Positions 39,482 through 51,500 of a DNA stretch of 64,000 nucleotides are shown here, one piece after another. Made by a program: the position numbers and the translations under genes. The notes beneath the pieces are model-generated. The model did no database searches. It was given only the letters and a program-made list of their open reading frames with translations, and was not told where the DNA came from. The stretch spans positions 1,240,001 through 1,304,000 of the forward strand of contig JBHGNT010000007.1 in the NCBI GenBank assembly GCA_043228905.1. The letters are read 5' to 3'. Each line of letters begins with the position of its first letter. Positions within the stretch are counted from its first letter, which is position 1. The stretch is from Azolla caroliniana. Its lineage: Eukaryota; Plantae; Polypodiophyta.

Positions 39482-40739
39482 GACCACGAACGTGATATAA
39501 GAAAAAAGAACCCTGCTTGCCACAGAGTGTTGGTGCTCAGGTAGAGAGAACCTAATTTAGACAGAAAAAATAGTTTTATATCATCAATCTTCCTAGCACC
39601 TGTAAAACCCTAATATCCTACATAATGGTTCTGGAATAACGACCATTAAAAGACATTTATATGTATACACATACTTCCTAGCACTTGTAAAGTGCCAAAT
39701 TTCATACCAACTGACATGAAAGAGAGCCAAAATCCTGTATATGCAGCAAGAAGCTTCCTAGTAACAGTAACAAACCCTAATATGAAAGCACAGAACAAGT
39801 TTTCAAGAAAAAAAAACAGTGTGTTTCTTTACTGTATTTTAGCTGAAGGTCTCTATCCAGAGAAAATCATCAGAAAACCTGTCTAACCCTAATTCGGACA
39901 TCTTACTAAATAAAACTGCGAACACCTGTGAGAAAACCTTGATCAGATAACTTGCATAATGAAATCCTAAACCAGAAAACCATTTAAATCCCTAAGTAAG
40001 GACGCTTGTATATAAATCCTGAATCATGAAAACATGTACAAAAAACCCTAAGTTGGAAAATGTTTAAACGAAACCCTGATCAGAAAACTAAATAGCTCCG
40101 ATGTAAACACAAAAATAGGACAACCCGAGTGAAAGCAGAACACTTGTAAAATAAACCCTAATATAAAAAAGAAACGCAGAGAACATTTAAGAAAAAGAGT
40201 TAAGTTTCGTTACCTTATTTTTCAGGTTCAGTGAAGATGTAAACCACTCTTGTACTAAGAGAGAAACGAATGCGAATCCGAGACCAACAGAAATCTGTAA
40301 ATCAGAGAAAATCCTCACAACAAAACAGAGGACAAATCAAAGGCATAAGGGAATAAGAGGTGGAGTAGGAAGAAGAAGAAGAAGAAGAAACAGGGTAGAA
40401 TATCCCTGAAGAAGGAAGGCAAGATTTGGGCAGAGATGAAGAGCTATGGCGCCTCCAACAGTTAGGAGAAAACAAAAACAGAGCAACCCAGAAAAATAAA
40501 ACAGAGAAAGTTTAGAGAATGAAGAAGATAGATGGGAAAGCAAATTGCTCTGTTTTTTCTTTCCTTCATTTGCTTTCTTTGTTATGGATTTTTTTCAACT
40601 TATAGGAAATTGCAAATATACCCCTCCTTCATTTTACAAAGAAGTAATAGAGTATCATATCAAACCCAACCAACCCCTTCTAGCTCTTACCAAGTTACCA
40701 TAGATGGGTAGGTGTTTTTTCATGATTGGAAGTATTCTT

Positions 40740-41950
40740 GAGTGGAAAGGGGGTATTTAGAGGATAAGACCTTCCGTCTTTTTTATGTGGATAACGCAAA
40801 TCAATTATCTCAATTGTCGGAAATAGTAGTCGATTATCCTTATGTTATGAAACGCAAGATAAGGGTAATAGGATATGTTAATCGCAGATGGTATAGTGAC
40901 CCATCAATAGAGGATATAAGGTCATATTGGAAGTTATGGATGATGGGTAAACAACCTTTGTTAAGATTAGCATAGGACCCAACTAATTATCAACTTGTAA
41001 ATGACAACGAGCACAACTAGAGGATATGCCCATCTTATGCAGTCATGTGCCAACAGGCACAACTCGATGCGCAAGTAACCATTGTACATGACTTACTAGT
41101 AACAACTTTAATTTTTTCCAATATTCTGTACAATTGGGAAGACATGTTTTGCTGGATAAATGAGATGTGTTACCAATTGCATTTCAATATTGGAGTCAGC
41201 AAGGTATTACTCCAAAATTTCTTGCTATGTTCTAGGTTAACCTATGGGCAAGAAACAGTCACAACAATATACTAAGTCATGTACAATGGTTACTTGTGCA
41301 TCGAGTGGTGCCTGTTGGCACATGACTACATAAGATGGGCATATCCTCTGGTTGTGCTCGTTGTCATTTACAAGTTGAAACTTAGAAACATTGTCTATAG
41401 AATTGCATTGAGTCTCAACCGGTATGGCAACGCCTCTTTAGAATATTTGCTAACTACTTTCCATCATCGGTATTCACATGGGGCATGGTGGTTTGGGCGT
41501 CGCTTGTCCACTCTATTTTTCATTACGACGTTGAATCTATAGACCATGGTTTTCACACTTGTCACTAACTTTGGAAGTGTTATGTACTTCCATTAGTGTT
41601 AGTGTGTATGCAGTTTTGGGGGATAAGGAAGGAGGTGCAACTATTATGGGAGATATGGAATAGTACGGTAACTACATTTTACATATGGAAGGCTCAATGC
41701 TCTCTCGTTTTTCATCAAGTTATAGCCTCACCAATTGAATTGGTAAAAAGTATTTGGTTGGACATGGTTCATATTTTGAAGGGTCAATGGGATTGTATTA
41801 TTGGAGACCTGACGATAAAGTTGCTCAGCACCATCAGTTTCTTACTTTGTGAAATGCAACTCCACTTATATCCTTGAAGAATGGCACTCCTTTTTGGTAC
41901 TTTCAACAACCAAAATGGTTGTTTCCTCCTTTGATCACATCGGAATCAAA
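40740..41950 (+). mobile_element. Decayed L1-type LINE 3' region (zf-RVT-like)
   Basis: Trp-rich fragments such as LWEIWNSTVTTFYIWKAQCSLVFHQ, typical of plant L1 ORF2 C-termini. Many frameshifts. Confidence 0.55.
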
Positions 41951-43516
41951 ACTTTGTAGATTGTGTTACACTAATGAATGGATATCTTTTATATAAAAAA
42001 ACCCAACCAACCCTTCATCACTTGCTTATCTTGTCTCCCTCTCTGTCACATTTAGGTTACATGTGCATCATACACCCGAAATTCAGGAAAATTTGGGTTG
42101 CTCAGACCATATGCGCATTTGAGTACCCATTTTCTTGGTGCTTAAATGATGGTGTCCATGGCGTGTATCATCTCAATAAGGGGTAGATCTCAAGATCCAA
42201 TCCACCCATCCACCGCTAAGTTTTGTTTTGTAACTTTCGCTATTTTTGCCCTTTTTGACACTTTTTTTTCCAAAAAAAGATGTTACATTAGTATTATACA
42301 ATGTTGTAAGGCTATATATACAAGATATACCACAAATCCCTTTTTTTCTAAATTCTACCCATTGGCTTAAATAAATATTTTGGTGTCGAGTAAAACCACT
42401 CCACCTTATGAGACAACTATCTATAAAATATACCTATGTCCCAAATGGCATGAAACTCCAATCGCTTAAGCTCCGCTTGTTGCATATTACCTTTTATACT
42501 ATCCAACAAACCTCTGAGATTATGCACAATCTCTGTCCAAATTCCCGAAATTATTTGGGCAAGTCTTTTAGTCATATTTTGAAATACCTTCAAAATCGAG
42601 CCTTCGAAATATACCAAATTGTAACACTACTTACCAATTGCCATATATTGACACTTAAATGAACAATATATTAGTACATATTCATAAAGTCTCTTCTAAT
42701 GCTAATAGCTAGGGCCAAATGTTTGTGAGATTTTTTTTATTGTGAATGAATGAATGTGACATGGAAATAGTCCAATCATGAATTCCAAAGGATTTTTTTT
42801 ACGTGATTTGTTTACTTTAAAGCGCATATGAGGTAGGATGGACCCCTCATGGTTTAGCATCAAGATCATGCTTGGCAGACTAGGTTGTCTAATTGGAATG
42901 CCATGAAGATCATGGATTCAAGTATTTGGCAAAGGCTTTGATTTTTAATCTCACTTTGAAATATCTACAAAATGTTTAGTTTAAACTCATTGAGACTCTA
43001 CTCTAGATTATTATTTTTAAATTGCCCTAAAGTTAATAAAAGACGGTTCATTTTTTGTCCCGAGTATTATGTATATATAATTGCCCCTCGGCATAAATAT
43101 CTTGCATGCAACTATGAGAATTTGAGACAACAATAATGTGTTGCCTATTCTAAGAGTCGCCTTAATAGCTCAAATACAACACGTATTCTTTTTGGCCAAT
43201 TCGAGTATACAAAATTTTCTGTTCTCCTTTAACCAACATGGCAGAAAGAAAGGACAATATCAAGGCTTGAGGTTGTGACATTGGCCGTACTGCCCAACCA
43301 TCATGTGAATTGGACCAAACTATGTCAGGAAGGTGATAGAGGAAATTGACAAGCCCATCTGACAAGATTCACTACCTTGATGAAGCTAGCAATGATCATT
43401 TTCTTTCTACTGATTTCTTAAACCGACATCAAACTGGGGTGACTAAGCAGATCAACATATGACTTGCAAGAAGGGAATTATACTCTTCATATAATATATT
43501 CATCGAGACAAGGAGG

Positions 43517-43800
43517 TATATGATATGATACCAATACCTAGTGCATGCATGCATGCATGTGATGTAATGTGTGTGTGTGTGTGCGCGCGCGCTCTCGCAT
43601 TATATGATATGATACCAATACCTAGTGCATAATACCTAGTGCATGTATGTATGTATGTATGTATGTATGTATGTATGTATGTATGTATGTATGTATGTAT
43701 GTATGATATGATATGATATGATATGATACCAATAGCTAATGCATGTATGTATGCATGTATGTATGTATGTATGTATGTATGTATGTAGATTGTATGTATT
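43517..43800. repeat. Compound microsatellite: (ATGT)n, (ATATG)n and (GT)n separated by three copies of TATGATATGATACCAATAsCTArTGCAT
   Basis: Visible directly in the sequence, immediately upstream of the 43852 ORF. Confidence 0.9.
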
Positions 43801-43851
43801 TGTACAATGTAAACTATACATGGCCTGAATGAAGATGGCGTTTTGTAAGAT

Positions 43852-44862
43852 ATGGCCATGAGAAGGCGCGTGAGAGAACAGAGCAAGGAGCAGGAATCTG
43901 CAGAGCAACGTGTTGATGCAGAAGAAGAAGGATTCAATGGAGACGTGGATGGAGAAAACCTTATCTCAGCAATCATGCCCATCCTTGTTATCTTCTCCTT
44001 ATCCTTCCTCTGGTCCTTGTTTGCACCATGGCCATTCAATCCTTCCTATAACCATGTTACATCACATGGCGGTGCATCCATCAGTCGGAGATTAGAGAAG
44101 GAATCTATGTCAAACATGGTGTTCGACCTCTCCGGAAAGCCTCTCCAATATGGTCAAGATGTGGCCATCCTCGCGGTCATTATTAATGCATCAACAGCCC
44201 CTACTGCCCATCACGATGATTCAACACCGCATGAGAAAATTATGTATTACCTGTATGAGATTGCGAATCGATTGTGTAGTTATGATCTCTACGATTACGT
44301 CCAAATTGCTCGGCATGCAATTGTGGCACAGGGGGCACAATTCATCATCGATCCGGCGGTAAGCGAGCAGGTGCATGTGAAACCGACGGTTCGCCTGCTT
44401 CACGAAGATGCCAAAAGCGACGGCGGTACCAATGGATTCTTCGGACATGAAGAAGACAACTTGGTGCATGGAGAGCCTGAAAAAAAGTTTGTTAGACTTT
44501 CTTTGCCCATTTCATTGCGTAGTTTGGCACCGACTACATGGAACAGATGGCAAATGTGGACCATCGGTCCGCCATCATCGAAACCAGACAACCATGATTG
44601 CATCTTCTTGCATCGAGATGCTAATGCAACTTCTCGACGCTTCTTTTTACAGGCTTCTCCTCTGCACCGATATAGCTACTTCCTCAAAGTCTGCAATTAT
44701 ACTCATCGTGACTCCGAATGGGACCCTCATTCCGATTTTGGTTCAGGTTCACATTGCAAGCCCATTGTCTCTTACGATTCGGGGGGTATAGAATGGGCTT
44801 GCGCCGCTTCTTCTTCAACAAATAGCCCTCCTCTGCTTGTAGCTTTCTCTACTCCCATCTAG
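43852..44862 (+). CDS. Intronless 336-aa protein with one N-proximal TM helix and a putative divergent Kunitz/STI beta-trefoil domain
   Basis: Long uninterrupted ORF with higher GC than its flanks. Hydrophobic LISAIMPILVIFSLSFLWSLF. Motifs VFDLSGKPLQYG, CSYDLYDYVQ, FFLQ...YSYFLKVC and PLLVAF parallel Kunitz STI landmarks. The ORF is likely real; the family call is tentative. Confidence 0.6.
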   Translation: MAMRRRVREQSKEQESAEQRVDAEEEGFNGDVDGENLISAIMPILVIFSLSFLWSLFAPWPFNPSYNHVTSHGGASISRRLEKESMSNMVFDLSGKPLQYGQDVAILAVIINASTAPTAHHDDSTPHEKIMYYLYEIANRLCSYDLYDYVQIARHAIVAQGAQFIIDPAVSEQVHVKPTVRLLHEDAKSDGGTNGFFGHEEDNLVHGEPEKKFVRLSLPISLRSLAPTTWNRWQMWTIGPPSSKPDNHDCIFLHRDANATSRRFFLQASPLHRYSYFLKVCNYTHRDSEWDPHSDFGSGSHCKPIVSYDSGGIEWACAASSSTNSPPLLVAFSTPI

Positions 44863-45571
44863 TTTTCCCACACAGTAAGGATTCAAAGGAGAACAATTTC
44901 TATGGATGATCTTCGAGATTTCTGTAAAGCCATGGTGATGATATTTCTCTGAATCTATCGATCTTTGGCTATCATGATGGATTTGGGAACACCACTGGCA
45001 ATCAACCTTGTAAATTGTTTAGTACATTTATGTACACTAAGCACTCTTGAATCATTTGAATTCTTGGACAATTGACAGTTTTGTTATGATGGATTTATTG
45101 AATTCTTGCACATACACCGAGTCATTATTTAAGCGAGCAGGTGTATTTGAATTCTTGGACAATTGACAGCTTTGTTATGATGGATTGATCGTACTTAAAC
45201 TATTAAGCAAACTTAATGCATTAAATGATAAGAGATTAATTCACATATTTGGAGTCTCTGCCTCTCTCTATCAATACATACCTGCATACATGCATACAAT
45301 ACGACATTGAACCACATGCCATCGAAAGTTAGGGACTACAAAGATATAGAAAAAACATTTCACTCAAACCAAGGCCAAAGAAAAGAAAATTTAGATCTTG
45401 GACTCATTCGATGTACATTGTCTCAATATTGTTACAATTACAATTTATGTACAATACATTTCTTTTCTTGCTATTGATCGTGAGGTGGAATGACAATAGA
45501 AAGAGCACGTGGCAACATGTTAGAAATCTTGTCTTAATTGATGAACGCCAAGACACAAACCATAAATGTTT

Positions 45572-48500
45572 TTAAACATTTGTTCCATCTATTGGTAAGC
45601 CCAAATATATCCATTGATTGACACCATCTTTGAGATGGACGACATTCTTGAAACCAGCCTCTTGCAATTCATATACCGCCTTCAAGGACCTGTGTACCAA
45701 CAAATTCTCATTTTGAACTACAAATCCATATAGCTATAAAATGCATGTTGACATGTGAAGATAGACTCAAAGAGTGACATTGATGCCAACGATTAAATAA
45801 TGTGATGCCAAACACGGTGAATATTCAAAAGAAAGAGCCATGCATGGCTAGTAATTGTTTAACCTCCACTCTTATTATGCATAGGACATACTTGAATTTT
45901 CATCACAATGTTACAAATTTAGCAACATTTGCTAACCATCCACCTCATGAAAAATATTATTAACCTATAAAAAGATCAATCTATCAAGTCACGAAAATTT
46001 AAGCAACCATCTAAAGTTGTTATCAAGCTTCACAATTCTTGGCTTCCAGATTATCCGAAAATTTCATTGGTCAATATACCTATGGTCAACAAGAACCAGT
46101 ACCATTGTAGAGAGGTCAATATGATGCATGGTCCTAATACTGTTCCAGAATCTTTCCAACTGCTAGTCCGAAAATTACGATACATGGGCCTGAATTTGGA
46201 ACATTTCATTTGAGAAATGTTTGAAGAACCCACGGAAAGAATTGTTTGAGCACTTGATCAGATTTTGCGACATTGCATTGCTAAAATTTCATTTTCTATG
46301 ACATTTTGTTGGGCGTGTCTCATACAGATTTCACACAGAAACTTGAGTTGCACCTTGAAAGTCTCAAGGGGAAATAAAATGCCTTTACTAGTGAGGGTCA
46401 TTCCCAAGTATATTCAGGGTAATTCGGTTACAATTTCTCACTACTAGAATCATTCAAATGCATTCATGTGGCGTTGTAGTCCCTTTTGCAAATCAAGCAT
46501 GAAAATAGTTTCATCAAAACATACAATTACTGCTACTAGAATCCATTCTAAAGGTGACAGATGATGACAATGTATTATTGTTCGATGGATGCCAATAACA
46601 TGACATGGGAAGGGCCATGTGCGGATGTGTGGGAGATCAGATGAGGGAGGGATTGGACAAGAGGATACACAAAGTTTATAAGAGACAATGAGCTAATGTG
46701 CAGATGGACTGATGGGAGGATGCATGAGCAGATGAGCAGACCGGAGGAAGATCGGATCAGGTAAGTAGACATGCTGGAGATTAGATAATGTTATAGATCG
46801 GTGGAGCAGAGAGCCAAGACAGAATAATTGAGAGAAAGAAAAACTGTTTTCATAAAAGGGAAAAACAGAAAAACGATGGCTGCAATTTTCTGCCTCTATA
46901 TTGCAGGAGAGGTTTTTCTCACACCATATATCACCAAGTAAAAAATACGAGCACCGGCCATTTTGGCCTTTTCACACTATGTACATGTCTATGTACATAT
47001 AACAATCTCCCACTTAAAAGCCTAAACTAAGAGTGCGAACAATAGAAGGTTGAACTATACAAGGCCTATACCTCCCACCTGATGGGCATGTTACATAAGG
47101 CACTAGGTGATCCCCATCAAGTGACAACAATGCCCCAATGCATCTTGTGGTAAGGCCTTGGTCAATGCGTTTGCGGCATTAGCTAAGCATTCACAAATGA
47201 AATGGTATCGCACTCCAATGTGCTTGGTCTTTGCATGATATACTGGGTTCTTAGCCAAAGCAATAGCACTCTGACTATAACAAAACAATTTGGGTACATG
47301 TTGAGGTATACCCATCTCACTAGCTAATCGAGACAGCCAAATTGCTTCCTTACATGCCTCACTGGCTGCAACATACTCAGCCTCTGTAGTTGACAATGTG
47401 ATACATTCTTGGAGACGGGATCTCCAAGCATGGCACCTCCCATAATTTGAAAAATGTACCCTAAAGTAGATTTCCTACTATCAGCACATCCAACATAATC
47501 TGAATCTGTGTATCTGATGATAGAGACATCGCCTTTACCCAAACATAGACACTTATCTTTAGTGCCACTCAGATATCTCAAAATCAACTTGAGTGCATCC
47601 CAATGTTTCTTACCAGGATTTGACATGAATCGACTTACCGCGCCCACTGCAAATGCAATGTCTGGTCTAGTAGCCACCATGGTGTACATAAGACTACCAA
47701 TAGCAGTTTGATAAGGAACCTTGGTCATGAATTCCTTGTCCTCATCAGATGTGGGGCAATCACACGTGCTCAGCTTTACATATGTAGGCAATGGAGTGCC
47801 CAACGGCTTTGCATTCTCCATATTAAACCTCTTGAGTACTTTCGATATGTACTCAGCCTGAGACAAGTAAATGCATCGTTTATTCCTATCACGAGTAATA
47901 CGCATACCAAGAATATGTTTTGCGTCTCCCAAATCCTTCATGTCAAAAGTCTGACTCAAGTTTTTCTTCAACAAGAATAACTCCTCGTTTTTACCAACGA
48001 TAAGCATGTGATCAACATAGAGTATCAACATAATAGAACTCGCATCTAAACATTTTTCGTATAAAGACATGGATCCTCATTGCTTCTAGTGCACCCCTAA
48101 GTCTTCATAAAAGCATCAAACTTTTGGTACCTCAATCTTGGGGACTGCTTAAGCCCATACAAGCTCTTCTTGAGTTTACATACTAAGTGTTCTTTGCCTG
48201 AGACTTCATAACCTTCTGGTTGTTCCATATAGATCTCCTCATCAAGATCCCCATGCAAGAAAGCAGTCTTTACATCCATTTGAACTGATTCTAAGTCCTG
48301 ATTCGCAGCCAATGCAAGCAACATACGCAATGTAGTCATCTTAACTACAGGAGAGAAAATTTCATCAAAGTCAACTCCTTGTTCTTGCTTGAAACCTTTT
48401 GCTACCAATCGTGCTTTGTACTTTGGAGAAGTTTTATCAGATGTATATTTATACTTGTAGACCCATTTGCATGGTAATGCTTTCCTATCCTCTGGCAAAG

Positions 48501-51500
48501 GTACTAAATCCCAAGTACTATTCTTATGAATACTATCCAATTCACTTTGCATGGCATGCTCCCACTTAGCATGATCGTTATTCAACATAGCTTCCTTATA
48601 GCAAGGGGGTTCACCTGCATCCATTAACATCACATAATCCGTGAGCCTAGCAGGTGGCCTAGAGACACGAGTAGATTGTCTCACTAGTTGCTGAACCGGT
48701 GTCGGAATGTTTCCTGCTTGTACACATGCATCATCATCTTGAACATCCTCATATGGGTGAAAATATGTAGGATTGTCCGGCATAGGTGTGGGATTATTCT
48801 TTTGCACACTAATAGAGGGTGTAACAACTTGAAACACTACTTTCTTCACTTCCACTTCCTTAATTGGCTGCTTATGCATAGTCTTTTCATTGAAAACGAC
48901 ATCACCACTTCTTTTGATTATAGTGAGCGTTTCAAGGTTCCATAAGCAATATCCAAACTGACCATCTATACCATAGCCAAGAAAAATACATTTTCGGCTT
49001 TTGAAATCTGGTTTCTGCCTTAACTGTTTTGGAACACGAACATATGCTTTACATCCAAACACTCTAAGATGATCATAGTGAGGGGTTTTTCCAGTCCACA
49101 GCTCTTGTGCCACTTCCAATCCTTTGGCAATACTAGGTGATACATTAATCACATGAACATCAGTTCGAACTGCTTCTGCCCAAAAACCTTATGGAAGGTT
49201 TGCATGATGCAACATAGAAACAACTCTGTCCTAGATGGTTCTATTCATCCTTTCTGCTACACCATTTTGTACAGTAGTGTAAGGGGCAATATACTCTCTA
49301 CGAATGCCTCTAGACTCGCAAAAAATCCTGATAGATTAATCACATGAACAGCAGTCCGAACTGCTTCTGCCCAAAAACCTTGTGGAAGGTTTTCATGATG
49401 CAACATAGAAACAACTCTGTCCTGGATGGTTCTATTCATCCTTTCCACTACACCATTTTGTACAGTAGTGTAGGGGGCAATATACTCTCTACAAATGCCT
49501 CTAGACTCGCAAAAAATCCTGAACTCATTAGAGGTATATTCACCTCCATTATCAGAACATAAAGCCTTAAGCTTTATTCCTTTTTCAGTCTCAACCAAGC
49601 CAAGCCATTTTCTAAAAATGGGATATACATCACCCTTCCCCTTTATGGAATACACCCACACTTTTCTTGTGGCGTCATCAATAAATGTAACAAAATACAA
49701 AGCTCCACCCAATGATCTAGTAGGCATAGGGCCACATACATCTGTATGAACTAGATCCAAGGGCTGAGTAGAAGAATCAGAACGAATCTGATGTACAGTT
49801 CTTGTTTGTTTACCATATTGACAATGCTCACAAACTGAAAAATTAGAAAATGATAACATGGGTAAATAGCCAAAACGAGACGGAGTTTCCATTCCCCTAC
49901 GAGACATATGGCCTAAACAACCATGTCAAATACAAGTCATGGGCTGTTCTTTGACAGTCAAAAGATGTTCTTTCTGATGGACAACTAAGGGATAAAGTGA
50001 ACCAACTTTGTTTCCTTTCGCAATAATCATATTTCCTTTTGTAATACGAAAAGATTTGGAATGAAATATCACTTTATATCCAAAGTCATCAAGCTGTCCA
50101 ACAGACATCAAGCTACGAGTTAGCTCAGGCACATGGCATACATTTTGTACAAGAATCTGAGAACCATCAAAAAACTGTAGTATAACATCTCCAATGCCAA
50201 CCACATCACACTAACGTGAATCTCCACGCCAGACTGTACCAAATGGTTTAGCTTCATATCGAGTGAATCACTCTGTATGTGGGGTCACATGAAATGAAGC
50301 CCTAGAGTCCAACAGCCATGTATGAGCAAGCGAGTGAGCCATGTTGACCTCAACATAAGTAGCATCATCATCCACGACCAAAATATCAACATCATCATCA
50401 CATGTAGCATTTATTTCCTCTATTTTCATTGAAGATGATGAATTGGTCACCTGCATAACATGCCCATCACCATGAGTTTTACCCTTTTCCTTTTCTCTTT
50501 CTTTGTTCTTCAAGGCATAACAGTCCTTTTCCATATGACCCTTTTTGTGACAGTAATGACATTCCACAAGTCTCTTTCTGGATTTGCTTCTGCTCTTATC
50601 ATTTCCACGATTGTTTCTGGTTTGGCTTCTACCACATTGTTGGTTCTTGCCATAATCAGAATCTCGTACATTATATGCCTCTCCAACCTGTGAGGTAACC
50701 ATAGATTCCCTAGGAATTTCCTCACTTAGCAAAGCTCCACAAATATCAGTGTACACCAATTTGCCTTTTGGTGCACTACTACTATAGTAGTACAGAAAGT
50801 GTCCCATGAGATAGGCAATGTGCATAACAAAAAAACAGATTTCAGCTCATCATCCATGGTCATCTTTTGAGCTTGCAACTGAGACCATAATGCATCAAAC
50901 TCGTTTTGATGAGAAGCAACACTATCAGTGTCCTTCATGCGAAGGTCATAGAGCTTTCTCATAAAAAACACTTTGTTTGCTGCAGTTTCCTTCTCATATG
51001 TATTGCATAACTTTTTCCAAAGTTCATCGGAATTTTTACTGCCTAAAACAGTGAAATACACACTATCTACCAAGTGCAGTCTTATCGTGATTCGTAGACA
51101 TGGTCAAAGCTTCAAGTTCCTCCCAATCATCATCATCCATGTCATCCGGCTTCTTCACTTTGCCGCCTAGAGGCCTCATTTGCTTTCTTTGAACCAATAC
51201 ATCATGCATCTGATTCTTCCACAAAGCAAAATTAGATCCATCAAATTTGCGGATCTCAATATGATCTTTTCCAAGAAACAAATAGTTCTTACATGAACGA
51301 TTACAACCAACAGAAGTGCTACTAGATGCATCCAACGTTTCTGACTCCATGGGAGTGAACAACAGTATCAAACAACTGAGCACAAGAACTTCTCAACTGA
51401 ATAATAGAAGGAAGCAACTAACCAACTTATTGCCCAAAAAATCTCAAAATGATACCAATGAGTGCATATAACATGCACCACTATCCATACACCTTCCAAA

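Noticed and set aside
43500-44039. 179-aa and 90-aa minus-strand ORFs with HTYI repeats
   Set aside because: Translations of the (ATGT)n microsatellite. The TGATACCA inside it resembles a PBS but has no adjacent LTR.
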